A stretch of DNA of 64,000 nucleotides, taken from an uncultured delta proteobacterium (GTDB taxonomy: Bacteria > Desulfobacterota > Desulfobaccia > Desulfobaccales > 0-14-0-80-60-11). The stretch's first letter is position 1. Each line of letters starts with the position of its first letter. Below the pieces are notes generated by a model. The model did no database searches and had not been told where the DNA came from. It saw nothing but the letters and a program-made list of their open reading frames with translations. A program made the position numbers and the translations under genes. The stretch lies in contig CAWETI010000003.1 of the NCBI GenBank assembly GCA_963812015.1, forward strand, positions 1 to 64,000, in the 5' to 3' direction. Positions 40,367 through 50,280 of this stretch are shown piece after piece.

Positions 40367-40786
40367 ATGCTGGATGAAACGCAGCGACAGCAGCTCATCG
40401 ACGCAGCCCGGCGGGCCCGGGAGGCGGCCTATGCCCCTTACTCCAACTTCAAGGTGGGTGCCGCGGTTTTGACCGCGGCCGGGGAGATCTTCTCCGGCTG
40501 CAACATCGAGAACGCCTCCTTCGGGGCCACGATCTGCGCCGAACGGGTGGCCATCTTTACGGCCGTCGCCGGGGGCTGCCGCGGCTTGACAGCCCTGGCG
40601 GTCATCGCCGACACCCCCGAGCCCGTCGCCCCCTGCGGAATGTGCCGCCAGGTGCTGGCCGAATTCAGCCCGGATTGCCGGATAATCATGGCCAACCTGG
40701 CCGGGCAAAAGCGGTTGGTGAACCTCAAGGAGCTGCTCCCCCTGGCCTTCCGGTTGCCGCCCCGGGAAAGCGGCGAGGGCGGCTAA
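40367..40786 (+). CDS. cdd: Cytidine deaminase
   Basis: AYAPYSNFKVGAA, NIENAS, CAER and PCGMCRQ motifs. Confidence 0.95.
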   Translation: MLDETQRQQLIDAARRAREAAYAPYSNFKVGAAVLTAAGEIFSGCNIENASFGATICAERVAIFTAVAGGCRGLTALAVIADTPEPVAPCGMCRQVLAEFSPDCRIIMANLAGQKRLVNLKELLPLAFRLPPRESGEGG

Positions 40787-42096
40787 TACCCCTGTACCCA
40801 GGCCGGCCCCTTATCCTTTAGCCAGACGCGGATTTCCTGAAACCCCCGGGCCAGAACTTCCCTGGCCTCAAGGAGGCTCGCCGGCAGGGCCTCCGGAGAG
40901 CTGCCCAGCATCAGGCGCGCCTCGATCTCGGCCGGGGTGTCCTCCCAGGTTCTCACCGCCAGCAGCAGGGCCCTGAAGTCCCGGCCCCGGACCCGGTGGG
41001 CCAGAATCCCCGGCTCCACCAACCCGTCCCAATGGTAATCCTCGCCCCGATCCCACCCCCGGCTGTGAAGGGCGGCCCGGCGCATCAGGCAGGGATAGCA
41101 GTAGCCGCAGGCGCCGGCCTTACCTCCCTGCCAGCGGGACACCACCGGCCGGGCGCAGGAAACGCTCTCCCCAAAGAGTCGGCCCAGGAGTTCTGGGTTG
41201 CGGCAATCCCGCACCATTTCCCCTTTGGTGAGGTTTTTGTAGGGGTTGACCAAGGGGTGAGCCAGGCCCGCGTCCCGCCAGAGGCCCCTGAGCTCCTCCA
41301 GAAAATAAGGATGCGTGGTCCGGGTGCTGCAACTGCCCAGGCGGTTGAGCGTGAGGGGGGGATTGAGGCTGATCCAGCCGTTTTCCGGGAGGATGATGGG
41401 GGTGGCGGGGCCAAAGCCCGCAGCCGCAGTCAGCCCCAGGGCCAGGTACAGGAGGGATCGGCTCCGCAGGGACATTTCCGGGGCCTCGGGAAACTGCACC
41501 CTGATCCCCAGATGGTGCACCCGGGTGGGGCCGTAATGGCGGATCAGCGCCGCCGCCAGGGACTGCTGGATGGCGGCCAGCTGCCCGAAATCATAGTGGC
41601 TCACCAGGAGCAGGCGCTGCCCGGCCTCTAACCGATCCAGGGCCCCCACCAGGGAATCGAGGCCCCCGGAGAACAGCATCACCCCGTCCGGGCGCCAGGC
41701 GTGGGGCCACGCCTCCTTCAGGCCCACCTCAAGGGGCGCTTCCCGCACCTTTAGGGTCCAGTCGTCCCCGGTGAGAAAATTGAGGAGCCCGCCCAGGCGG
41801 GGGGCCAGGGGCGCCCACCGGGGGCTGACCGGCAGGTGCAGAATAAGCGATCTCGTCCAGGCATCGGGCGCGGCCCGGCGTGGCGACCATTTATCCCCGG
41901 CCCAGACTCCCAGGGCCGCCAGCAGGAAGGCCTGGACCTCCTGACCCGGCAGCCCGCCGGAGACCGGCAGCCGGGAAAGATTGTGGTGCAGGGGATAGCC
42001 GGGCTGGCCCGGCTCATCCAGGTGAATGACCGCGGCCATGCCCGGCGGCGGCCGACGTTTTTCATTAGGGGCCTTCAGGTAGAGTTCAACGGCCAT
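40783..42096 (-). CDS. qatC: QueC-like protein of QatC type
   Basis: LFSGGLDS PP-loop, RSRSLLY, PENGWISLN, STRTTHP, NPY..LTKGEM and CGYCYPCLMRR; N-terminal D..W.R and LNFLTGDDW segments. Confidence 0.82.
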   Translation of the reverse strand: MAVELYLKAPNEKRRPPPGMAAVIHLDEPGQPGYPLHHNLSRLPVSGGLPGQEVQAFLLAALGVWAGDKWSPRRAAPDAWTRSLILHLPVSPRWAPLAPRLGGLLNFLTGDDWTLKVREAPLEVGLKEAWPHAWRPDGVMLFSGGLDSLVGALDRLEAGQRLLLVSHYDFGQLAAIQQSLAAALIRHYGPTRVHHLGIRVQFPEAPEMSLRSRSLLYLALGLTAAAGFGPATPIILPENGWISLNPPLTLNRLGSCSTRTTHPYFLEELRGLWRDAGLAHPLVNPYKNLTKGEMVRDCRNPELLGRLFGESVSCARPVVSRWQGGKAGACGYCYPCLMRRAALHSRGWDRGEDYHWDGLVEPGILAHRVRGRDFRALLLAVRTWEDTPAEIEARLMLGSSPEALPASLLEAREVLARGFQEIRVWLKDKGPAWVQGY

Positions 42097-42212
42097 GGTG
42101 GGGCCTCGCCCCTGCCAACCACAAAAGGGCGTTTCAGAGAATCTGCCGTATACTTCTTTTTATGCCAACCGGGTATATCAGGCCGAACCCTAGGGCGACC
42201 CGGTGAGTTGCC

Positions 42213-42899
42213 CTATTTGAGGTTCTGCATCAATCCAGCCATAATTTCCGTGACCCAGATCCAACCCGGGAGCCCCCGCCAATGGACCGGGGTGGCCGGA
42301 GACTCGGGTTCGCCTCCTGCTGCCGCGGCGCCGGCCTCGATCACCGCCTGGATGCGACTCAATCCGTCCCGGAGGCGCCCATAACCGCCGGCCGCGGCTT
42401 CCAGGGGCTCCCCCAGGTCCAGGGCCAGGCGCAGACGCACCGCCGTGGCCAGAAACTGCCGCACCAGGTGAGCCGAGTCCGGCTTATCCTCAGCGGGAAC
42501 CGCCGGCCCCATCGCCAGGGCCAGGGAAGTCCGAACCACGGCCTCCTCCAATCCGCCGCCGCTCCCGTCCAACAGCCCGCTCACCCCGGAGGCCAGCATC
42601 TCCGCCGGTCCCGGCGCCAGCGCCGACAGGCCCCGCGCGCCTAATGCCGCCTCCCACCCCCGGGCCTGCACCTCATCCCAGAACGCCCCCAAATCCTGGG
42701 CCACCTTCCGGGTAAAACGGAAGGCCGCCAACCGGTCCCCCTGCCCCGGAGTCTCCTCCAAAGCCGCCAGATACCGAACCACCACCTCCCGAGCCTCCAC
42801 CGCGCCCTGGCCTTCAGGCGACAGATACCGGGTGGCGGCCCCCTTGGCCGCCCGCCATAACCCCGTGGTGGGCCCCCGCCGGGCACTGGACGTTCCCAT
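42213..42899 (-). CDS. qatB: QatB-like protein
   Basis: N-terminus MGTSSARRGP...W..AK..AT; helical; directly upstream of qatC. Confidence 0.65.
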   Translation of the reverse strand: MGTSSARRGPTTGLWRAAKGAATRYLSPEGQGAVEAREVVVRYLAALEETPGQGDRLAAFRFTRKVAQDLGAFWDEVQARGWEAALGARGLSALAPGPAEMLASGVSGLLDGSGGGLEEAVVRTSLALAMGPAVPAEDKPDSAHLVRQFLATAVRLRLALDLGEPLEAAAGGYGRLRDGLSRIQAVIEAGAAAAGGEPESPATPVHWRGLPGWIWVTEIMAGLMQNLK

Positions 42900-42916
42900 A
42901 AGTTACCTCTGCGAGT

Positions 42917-43050
42917 AAGTTGAGGGGAGAGCCGGGGGAAGGCAATTCCCCCGCCCTCCCCTCAAACTCCCCTCCCAACCCCCTGTAAGGGGTTGGGGAT
43001 GGGGGTCTGGGGGAAGGGGTAGGGGCCGTGGGCCCCTAGCCCCTTCCCCC
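42917..43050. repeat. Family A repeat (inverted copy)
   Basis: Close reverse-complement match to 6294-6428. Confidence 0.8.
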
Positions 43051-43071
43051 AGCACAACCCTACCACAACTT

Positions 43072-44391
43072 TTACCCGGCGGCCAGGCGTTTGAGGCGGG
43101 TGTAGCGGTCCCAGGAGAACTGGGGCCAGCAGGGGAACAGGGAGTTGTTATGGTACAGGGGGTCGGCGCTCAGGTCGTAGCGGGAGCAGGCCAGCGCCCG
43201 GGGCCACAGGGCGGTGCCGGGGATGGGAGAGTACGAGGCCAGGACCGGGGTGGCTCCCAGTTCCTTGACCCTGCGGATGGAGGCGGCCACCTCCGCCTCC
43301 TCCTGGTCCGGGAGGCCGATGAGGAGGTAGACCCCGATCTCTGCCGGGGAAAACCCGGCTTGCCCCAGGTGGGCCAGGGCGGCCTCCAACTCGCCCGCCT
43401 GGAGTTTGGCGTCCAGGCGGGCCGCGCCCAGGGCGGTGGTTTCCACCCCCAGGCGCAGGGTGGCAAAATTGGCCCGTTTGAGCCAGGAGGCCACCTCCCG
43501 GGTGATGAGGCGGGCATGGAGGCCGTTGGGGGTATGGAACCGGAAGGTACGGCCGCGCCGTTCCAGTTCCTCCAGGATCACCAGCAGGTGGTCTGCCGCC
43601 CCTAGCAACAGGGCGTCGTCATAGAAGGCCGCGTCCCTGAGGCCCAATTGATCCTGCCAGTGGCACAATTCTTCCACTACGGCCCGGGGCTGCCGTCGCC
43701 GATACGCGGGTTGCAGCAGGCGGGAGGCGCAGTAAGCGCAATCCAGGGGGCAGCCCCGGGAGGTGAGGACGGGGATATAAGAAGGGTAGTCCAGGAGATG
43801 GAGGGCCGGATAGGGCAGGGAGTCCAAATCCTCCGGGGCTGGGAGGTCCGGCCCGGGCGGGGGAAAACCGGTAACCTCCTCCAGGACGCCCCGGATGGTT
43901 CCTTCCCCCGGCCCGGTAACCACCCGGTGGGCGCCGCTGTGCTCTTTGGCGTGCTCCCGGCACAGGCTGGCGTAGATCCCTCCCAGGATGACCGGCGCCC
44001 CCGGGAAGTGCTCCCGGGCCAGGCCGATGGCCGCGGCCACCCCGGGGTACCAGTAAGTCATGAGGGAGGTCACCAGGATGGCCGCGGGCCGGGGGATGTT
44101 GGCCAAACGGGCCCGAAACGCCGCTTCGCTGATGCCATAACGTCCGTAGCGCCGGGTGATCCCCGCAAGGGCCGGGGGTGGCGGCATGATCTCCTTGGGG
44201 TAGCGGCCGGTGCCGAAGGGGCCGGACCGGGCGTGGGGCGTGTCCAGGCAATCCAGCCAATGGACCGCATAGCCCTGAGCCTCCAACAACCCCGCCAGAG
44301 AAAGCAACCCCAGGGGCCGGGCGAAAAAATCGTAGGCCGCGAAATCATCGATCCAGGGGTTGATCAGGAGGAGGGGGCCGGACTTGGGCAA
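43072..44391 (-). CDS. B12-binding-domain radical SAM protein
   Basis: INPWIDDFAAYD..PLGL, ILGGIYAS, TSRGCPLDCAYC (CX3CX2C) and FYDDAL motifs. Confidence 0.88.
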   Translation of the reverse strand: MPKSGPLLLINPWIDDFAAYDFFARPLGLLSLAGLLEAQGYAVHWLDCLDTPHARSGPFGTGRYPKEIMPPPPALAGITRRYGRYGISEAAFRARLANIPRPAAILVTSLMTYWYPGVAAAIGLAREHFPGAPVILGGIYASLCREHAKEHSGAHRVVTGPGEGTIRGVLEEVTGFPPPGPDLPAPEDLDSLPYPALHLLDYPSYIPVLTSRGCPLDCAYCASRLLQPAYRRRQPRAVVEELCHWQDQLGLRDAAFYDDALLLGAADHLLVILEELERRGRTFRFHTPNGLHARLITREVASWLKRANFATLRLGVETTALGAARLDAKLQAGELEAALAHLGQAGFSPAEIGVYLLIGLPDQEEAEVAASIRRVKELGATPVLASYSPIPGTALWPRALACSRYDLSADPLYHNNSLFPCWPQFSWDRYTRLKRLAAG

Positions 44392-44434
44392 AAGAAACGA
44401 CCTCTTATAATTCGGAGCGGAAAAGGGATTACTT

Positions 44435-44474
44435 CCCCCTCACCCTGACCCTCTCCCCCATTGGGGGAGAGGGG
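44435..44474. repeat. Family B repeat, intact (unoccupied IS110 target-like site)
   Basis: CCCCCTCACCCTGACCCTCTCCCCCATTGGGGGAGAGGGG. Confidence 0.75.
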
Positions 44475-44589
44475 ATAAAGATGTAGCTCCTTTTATGCTC
44501 CATTAATAAGTCGAACCGCAACTTGTGGAACCCAGGGAGATCCTTTGGCAAAAGGCACCTGGGACTTTTTCGTAAGAGGGCCTCACCCC

Positions 44590-44688
44590 CCCCTCCCAAA
44601 CCCTCTCCCCCAACCCCTTATAGGGGTATGGGAGGGGAGTTTGAGGGGAGGGCGGGGGAATTGACTTCCCCCGGCCCTCCCCTCAAAA
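44590..44688. repeat. Family A repeat
   Basis: Translates PKPSPPTPYRGMGGEFEGRAGELTSPGPPLK, nearly the same as the AroD N-terminal extension. Confidence 0.8.
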
Positions 44689-44701
44689 TACGTTTTTCAC
44701 C

Positions 44702-46183
44702 TTAAAGTCCCCGCACCCGGCGGAGGATTTCCCAGATGCGGCTTGTGTCGGCGTTGGCGGGGGTCACCGTAATTTCCAGCCTTTCCCGGCTGGCCGGAAG
44801 GAGCTTCACCGGGTCGGCGACCCTGACGCCCGCCAGCCAGACAATCTCCCCGGCGGCGGCCACCAGGGGCAGGTGGGGCCTGAGCCAGCGGGGAATTTTC
44901 GCATCCACCAGAAAATCCTGGAGTTTTTTTGGGCCCGGGGCGCCCTGGGGCCAGAAGCGGTCTCCGGGCTCCCAGAAGCGCGCCATAAGGGGCAGGGTGA
45001 GCCGGTCCGGGTCCAGCCAGGCTACCTCCGGGGGCGGCCAGGGGTCGTCGGCCCGGCAGGCGCGCCGAGTAAGCCGCCAGCGCCAGCCGGCGGGAGACTC
45101 CACCTCTCCCGGGCAGTCCGGCAGGAAAGTGGCCTCCCGGGGCGGCGCCGGCAGGGCTTTCATAAGGTGCAACCTTGAGCCCGCCCGGGCCACCTGGACA
45201 TTTTCCCCCTTTTCCCCCAGGGATATAAGGCCGCCGCTTCTCTCACTCCGGGCCAGATTCACCAGGGACGCCACCTGGGCGGCGGTGAGGCTCACCTCCC
45301 CACCGACTTCGGCCACCCCCAACCTGAGCACCCGCCTCTGCAAACCCGGCTCCAGGCTGAAAAACCGGTCCAGGTCCAGGGCAAAGCAGTCTCTCGCCAG
45401 TGGGTGGGCCAACCGGTCCCAGGCCGCATTCGCGTCCCGGGCCAGGAGACGCTCGTCCTCCTGGAGGAGGGTCTGGGTCCGCCAGATGGTCTGGGCCAGG
45501 CGAGGGTTATAGGATCGGGTCAGGTGGGGCAGGAGGTCAAGACGCACCCGGTTGCGCAGATAAGCCCGGCTCAGGTTGCTGGCGTCAACGCGGTAAGGCA
45601 GGGCCTCCTGCTCAAGCCAGGCCAGCAGCGGGGCCTTGCCAACCGCCAGGAGGGGCCGCACCAGCCCTCCGGGGGTGGCTGGCCACATGCCCTTCAACCC
45701 CTCCAGCCCTGCGCCCCGGAGCAGACGCAGCCAGAAAAGCTCCACCTGATCATCGGCGGTGTGACCCAGGGCCAACCGGGTATAGGCGTGACGGCGGCGG
45801 GTGTCCTGGAGAAACTGGAGCCGCAGCTTTCGGGCCGCCATCTGGAGAGAGACCTTGTCCCGGTGGGCCGCGGCTTTCACCTCGCCCCGCCCCAGATGGC
45901 AAGGGAGGTCCAGGCTCCGGGCCAGATCGGCGACAAAGTCAACGTCGCCCCGGGAGTCTGCTCCCCTGAGGCCGTGGTCGTAGTGCGCCAGGCCCAGGTC
46001 CAGCTCCAGCCTCGGGCGCAGCCGCACCAGGAGGTGGAGGAGGGCCACCGAATCCGGGCCGCCGGAGACTGCCACCAGGACCCGGTCGCCGGGGGTGAAC
46101 AGGCGCTCCCGGCGGGCATAGGCAAGCACCCACTCCGGAAGATCTCCGGCCGCGGCGGGATCTTCAAGAAAGGCGGGGCTCAC
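44702..46183 (-). CDS. tilS: tRNA(Ile)-lysidine synthetase
   Basis: VAVSGGPDS, DHGLR, GHTADDQ, RPLL, RNRVR and KKLQDFL motifs. GTG start overlaps the upstream stop. Confidence 0.94.
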   Translation of the reverse strand: MSPAFLEDPAAAGDLPEWVLAYARRERLFTPGDRVLVAVSGGPDSVALLHLLVRLRPRLELDLGLAHYDHGLRGADSRGDVDFVADLARSLDLPCHLGRGEVKAAAHRDKVSLQMAARKLRLQFLQDTRRRHAYTRLALGHTADDQVELFWLRLLRGAGLEGLKGMWPATPGGLVRPLLAVGKAPLLAWLEQEALPYRVDASNLSRAYLRNRVRLDLLPHLTRSYNPRLAQTIWRTQTLLQEDERLLARDANAAWDRLAHPLARDCFALDLDRFFSLEPGLQRRVLRLGVAEVGGEVSLTAAQVASLVNLARSERSGGLISLGEKGENVQVARAGSRLHLMKALPAPPREATFLPDCPGEVESPAGWRWRLTRRACRADDPWPPPEVAWLDPDRLTLPLMARFWEPGDRFWPQGAPGPKKLQDFLVDAKIPRWLRPHLPLVAAAGEIVWLAGVRVADPVKLLPASRERLEITVTPANADTSRIWEILRRVRGL

Positions 46184-46596
46184 GGAGGCGGGGCCGGACA
46201 AAGCTGGGCGATCACCTCCAGGATGGCGTCTTTGGAAAACGGCTTGGCCAGGAATCGGTCCACCACGGCCTCGTTTTCGGTAAGTTCGGCCAGGTTGGGA
46301 AGCTCGGAGGAAATCATGACGATGCGGCAATCCGGCTGGAAGCGTTTCAAGCGCCGGGCCACCTCCAGGCCGTTGAGGTGGGGGAGGTGATAATCCAAGA
46401 CGGCCACCTGATAAGGCTCGGGGAAATGATCGGCTGCCAATTCCCGGTCAAACCTCTCGAGGGTCGTGACCTGGTAACCGGCCCGGCGCAGTATGGACAC
46501 CAGGGCTTCCCGGGTCCAGCGGTCGTCATCGATTACCAAAATCCAGGGGCTCGGATCCACTGCGGCCTCCCATCGACCTGCCGCGTCCAGGTGCAC
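46180..46596 (-). CDS. Single-domain response regulator
   Basis: ILVIDDD, LDYHLP..NG, MISS and KPF motifs. Start uncertain. Confidence 0.9.
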   Translation of the reverse strand: MHLDAAGRWEAAVDPSPWILVIDDDRWTREALVSILRRAGYQVTTLERFDRELAADHFPEPYQVAVLDYHLPHLNGLEVARRLKRFQPDCRIVMISSELPNLAELTENEAVVDRFLAKPFSKDAILEVIAQLCPAPPP

Positions 46597-46738
46597 GTTA
46601 AAGGTTGACCATCCTCCCGTCAGGGAGCCCGGTGCCAGATTTGGGGGGGAAAACGCCTCAGAATTGTTTAATTAATTGTATCTGACGCATTCCCGTTTGC
46701 GCAAGTCCGAGATTTGAGGTTTTCGGAGCACCCCGGCA

Positions 46739-48529
46739 TTAGGCCTGTAACTCGGGCGCATCCTCATCTTTCGGGGCGGCGGGCAAGGCCAGATGAAAGG
46801 CGGCTCCTTGCCCCCCGCTGCTCTCCACCCAGATCCGGCCTTGATTGGCCTCCACCAGGGTCTTGCAGATATAGAGCCCTAAACCCGACCCGTCATGTTT
46901 GCTACTGGAAAGGCGGTATTTTTCGAAGAGGTGCTCCTGCTCCTCGGGGCTCAGGCCGGAACCCGTATCCGCCACGATGATTTCCACTTCCCCCCGGTCG
47001 GCCCCGGGGCGGGCTTTCACCTCAATTGCGCCACCCGGTGGCGTTGCGGCCAGGGCGTTGACCAGAAGATTGGCCAGGACGCGATCCAGGGAAGGCTCAT
47101 CTACCATGATGGGGGGAAGGTCCGGCGGCGGCGGCGGGGCCACCAGATTGACCCCCTGGTGTTGGGTCAGCGCCCCAAAGTGATGGATCAGGCGTTGGAT
47201 CATAAAGCCCGGGGGCACCGGCTCCGGCCTCAGGGCGAGACGCCCGGATTCAAACCGGCTCAAATCCAGCACATTATGGAGGTGCAGCAGGAGGCCTTCG
47301 CTCCGTTGGATGATGCCTTGCAATTTGTGATGGATTTCGGGGGGGAGGGTTTCATCCTCCAGGGCCTCGATGGTCAGGCGCACCCCGGTGAGGGGCGCCT
47401 TGATATCGTGGACGATCATGGCGAGAAAATCGGCGTTGGCCGCGACTCGGTCCCGCTCTTCCTGGAGCAGCAGGGTCTTGTCCCGCAGGGCCCGGATCAT
47501 GGTGTTGAAGGACTCCGCCAGTTCCCCCAACTCGTCCCGGCTGGTCACCGGGATATCCCCGGCCAGTTCCTCCAGGGCGGCTTTCCGGGTGCCCTCGGCC
47601 AGGTGGGTGATCTGGCGGCGCATGCCGGAAGAGAGCCAGAAACTGAGCAGCCCGCCGATGACCGCGGCGGCGCCCCCCACCCCGAAGATGACCAGCTTTA
47701 GGGTTAAGAGCGTGGGGTCCAGCTCCCGCCGATTGACCCCTACCACAATCAGGCTTTCCCAGGGTTGATCCCCTTCTTCCAGGGGAAGATAGGTGATGGT
47801 GTAGTCCTCATCCCCCAGCTGGAGTTGCTGGACCCGGTCAACCGGACCGGTGGCGCTGGCCGCCAGGTCGCGGTGGCGCAGCAACTGGTTCAGGGCGCTT
47901 TCCGGCAAGTCCTTAAAGGAATTGACCACCAGGCGTTTGCCATAGAACATGGCCACCTCGGCCCCGGGGCGAGACAGAGACTCCAGAAACCCCCGGTCGA
48001 TGAGGAGCCCGGTGAGGACCACCCCCACCACCTTGTCCTGGTACTGGATGGGAGCCGAGGCGCTCAGGGCGATGGAATCCTGCCAGTGGGTCATGCGGGA
48101 GGCTTCTTTGCCCTGGAGGCCGGCCCGCACCAGGGGATTGCTGGAAATATTGACACCCAAGGCCCCGGGATCGTGGGCCCGGACCTGGATAACCCCCTGG
48201 TAGTCGGTAATGGTGAGGATGTTGAGGCCGGTGGCCTTCATCATGGGGGTTACCAGGCTCCGGAGCGCCTCCACGTTGCCGCTGGCCAGCAGTTCCCCGT
48301 AGGTGGGGTTGTCGGCCAGGAGGCTGGCCGCCTGTTCCACCCGTTGAATCTTGCCCCGGTATTCGGCCAGCACCAGCCGGGTCACCAGTTCCACCCGCTG
48401 GCGGTGCCATTCCAGGATCTGCCGGGTGGCCAGGTATTGGATCACCAGGAGCAAACCCACCAGGGCCACCAACAGGGAGAGCAGGGTGACCCCCAACAGC
48501 TTGCTGCCGACTTTACTTCGCCGCCACAT
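46739..48529 (-). CDS. Sensor histidine kinase (periplasmic Cache-like, HAMP)
   Basis: Two TM segments, DELGELA..FN, HDIKAPL, NLLVNA, DTGSG and GSGLGL. Confidence 0.92.
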   Translation of the reverse strand: MWRRSKVGSKLLGVTLLSLLVALVGLLLVIQYLATRQILEWHRQRVELVTRLVLAEYRGKIQRVEQAASLLADNPTYGELLASGNVEALRSLVTPMMKATGLNILTITDYQGVIQVRAHDPGALGVNISSNPLVRAGLQGKEASRMTHWQDSIALSASAPIQYQDKVVGVVLTGLLIDRGFLESLSRPGAEVAMFYGKRLVVNSFKDLPESALNQLLRHRDLAASATGPVDRVQQLQLGDEDYTITYLPLEEGDQPWESLIVVGVNRRELDPTLLTLKLVIFGVGGAAAVIGGLLSFWLSSGMRRQITHLAEGTRKAALEELAGDIPVTSRDELGELAESFNTMIRALRDKTLLLQEERDRVAANADFLAMIVHDIKAPLTGVRLTIEALEDETLPPEIHHKLQGIIQRSEGLLLHLHNVLDLSRFESGRLALRPEPVPPGFMIQRLIHHFGALTQHQGVNLVAPPPPPDLPPIMVDEPSLDRVLANLLVNALAATPPGGAIEVKARPGADRGEVEIIVADTGSGLSPEEQEHLFEKYRLSSSKHDGSGLGLYICKTLVEANQGRIWVESSGGQGAAFHLALPAAPKDEDAPELQA

Positions 48530-48643
48530 GGGAGAAATAATAGCATATTCCAGAGGATAGGGAAATGGGGGGAGGGGGTCGGGGTAAGGGGGGCACTATA
48601 TAACGTTACGGTATCTATAAAAAACGGCACTTAGGGAGGCGGT

Positions 48644-49417
48644 TTATCCTGGAGGCGAGGCGCGAACCACCCCTAAATTCTCAAGCTCGGCGGTGTAGGA
48701 GGACAGCAGCCCGGCCACCGCCCGGGGCTTATCTTCATCGGCCAGGGGCATGACCCGGCGGATCCGGCCGGCGTCATAGACCACCACGGTTTGAGCCAGG
48801 GCGGCCACGTCTTCCGGGTCGTGGGTGATCAAAATCACCGGGATCGCAAACCGCTCCTGTACCCTGAGAAGTTCCTGGCGCATCTTGGCTCGCAGCAGGG
48901 CGTCCAGGGCTGAAAAGGGCTCATCCAGGAGCAGCAGGCTGGGGCGGCGGATGAGGGCCCGGGCCAGGGCCACCCGCTGGCGCTGGCCTCCGGAAAGGTC
49001 CCGGGGCAGGCTATGCCTGAGATTAGTGAGTTCAAAGATTCCCAAAAACTCGGCGACGCGACGCCGATCTTCCGGGCCCGGCCCCCACGGCCATCGGCTC
49101 GGCAACCCGAAACCGACGTTGTCGGCGACGCTCAAGTGCGGGAACAGGGCATAATCCTGGGGCACATAACCGATGGCGCGGCGCCGGGCCGGGACATTGA
49201 CGTTCTTTTCTTTATCAAAAAGGACCAGGTCGCCGACTATGATCCGGCCCGCGTCCGGCGTCAGCACTCCCGCCAGAAGCTGTAACGTCAGGGTCTTGCC
49301 CGAGCCGGAGGGACCGAAGAGCACCAGGCGCTCACTTTCGGCGACAAAATCGACTTCCAGGGCAAACACCCGTCCCTGGGAAGTCAACCGCTTTTTAACC
49401 TCAACTCGGATAAGCAT
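48644..49417 (-). CDS. modC: Molybdate ABC transporter ATPase
   Basis: GPSGSGKT, QDYALFPH, LSGGQRQR and LLDEPF motifs; next to modA and modB. Confidence 0.88.
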   Translation of the reverse strand: MLIRVEVKKRLTSQGRVFALEVDFVAESERLVLFGPSGSGKTLTLQLLAGVLTPDAGRIIVGDLVLFDKEKNVNVPARRRAIGYVPQDYALFPHLSVADNVGFGLPSRWPWGPGPEDRRRVAEFLGIFELTNLRHSLPRDLSGGQRQRVALARALIRRPSLLLLDEPFSALDALLRAKMRQELLRVQERFAIPVILITHDPEDVAALAQTVVVYDAGRIRRVMPLADEDKPRAVAGLLSSYTAELENLGVVRASPPG

Positions 49418-49487
49418 ATCAGGCCCGTTAAACCCTTAAAAAATTCCCCCGGCGATGACGTGCCGCAGTTTGATTCTGGGCCAACCG

Positions 49488-50258
49488 TCAAGGTTTGCCG
49501 AATCCGTATTTGCTGAGAACCGCTCCACTTTCAGGGGCAAACAGAAAATTCAGGAATTCTTGGGCCAGGGCTTGCTTCTGGCTGGCCGCCACCAGGGCCG
49601 CGGGATAGACAATGGGCTGATGCCCCTGGACCTCGGTCACTATTTTCACCTTTCCTTTGGCAATGGCCGCATCGGTGGAGTAGACCAGGCCCGCATCCAC
49701 CTCGCCCCGGCTGACATAGTCCAGCACCTGGCGCACCGACTCTGCGAGAATAAATTTGGGGGTCAATTTATCCCACAACCCCGCCTTTTCCAGGGCCTCT
49801 TTGGTATAGCGACCCGCCGGCACGCCGGCGGGATTGCCCACCGCCACCCTTTGGACCGCGGGTGAGAGCAGGTCTTTAGGGCCCGTGAGGGAAATCTTGG
49901 AGTCCTGGGGCACGATGAGCACCAGGGTATTGCTCACAAAATCCTTCCGGCTGGCCGGGACGATGAGCCCTTTCTCCTGGGCCTGGTTCATGGTCTTCTG
50001 GTCCGCCGCAGCAAAGACATCCACCGGGGCGCCTTGAGCGATTTGCTGGAGCAAGGGGCCGGAAGCGGCAAAATTGAAGATGACCTTGGTGCCGGGATGC
50101 TGCTGTTCGAAGCCCTTGCCGATTTCCGGAAAGGCGTTGGTCAAACTGGCGGCGGCGGAGACCGTCAACTCCTGGGCCCCCATGACCGGCGCCGGATGGA
50201 TCAGGGCCATTCCCCCAAGGGCCAAAAGCCCCAGGGCCATAATGCTAGGCCATTTCAT
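49488..50258 (-). CDS. modA: Molybdate ABC transporter substrate-binding protein
   Basis: Signal peptide, SAAASL, ASGPL, VPAGRY and VYSTDA motifs. Confidence 0.92.
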   Translation of the reverse strand: MKWPSIMALGLLALGGMALIHPAPVMGAQELTVSAAASLTNAFPEIGKGFEQQHPGTKVIFNFAASGPLLQQIAQGAPVDVFAAADQKTMNQAQEKGLIVPASRKDFVSNTLVLIVPQDSKISLTGPKDLLSPAVQRVAVGNPAGVPAGRYTKEALEKAGLWDKLTPKFILAESVRQVLDYVSRGEVDAGLVYSTDAAIAKGKVKIVTEVQGHQPIVYPAALVAASQKQALAQEFLNFLFAPESGAVLSKYGFGKP

Positions 50259-50280
50259 AACCTCTCCTTGCATGATCGAA

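Noticed and set aside
43072..44391. Radical SAM gene as queE completing a Q-pathway cluster
   Set aside because: It is 439 aa with an N-terminal B12-binding-type region, unlike the short QueE.
44523..44705. 60-aa ORF resembling the AroD N-terminus
   Set aside because: It is the translation of a family A repeat; nothing supports an independent gene.
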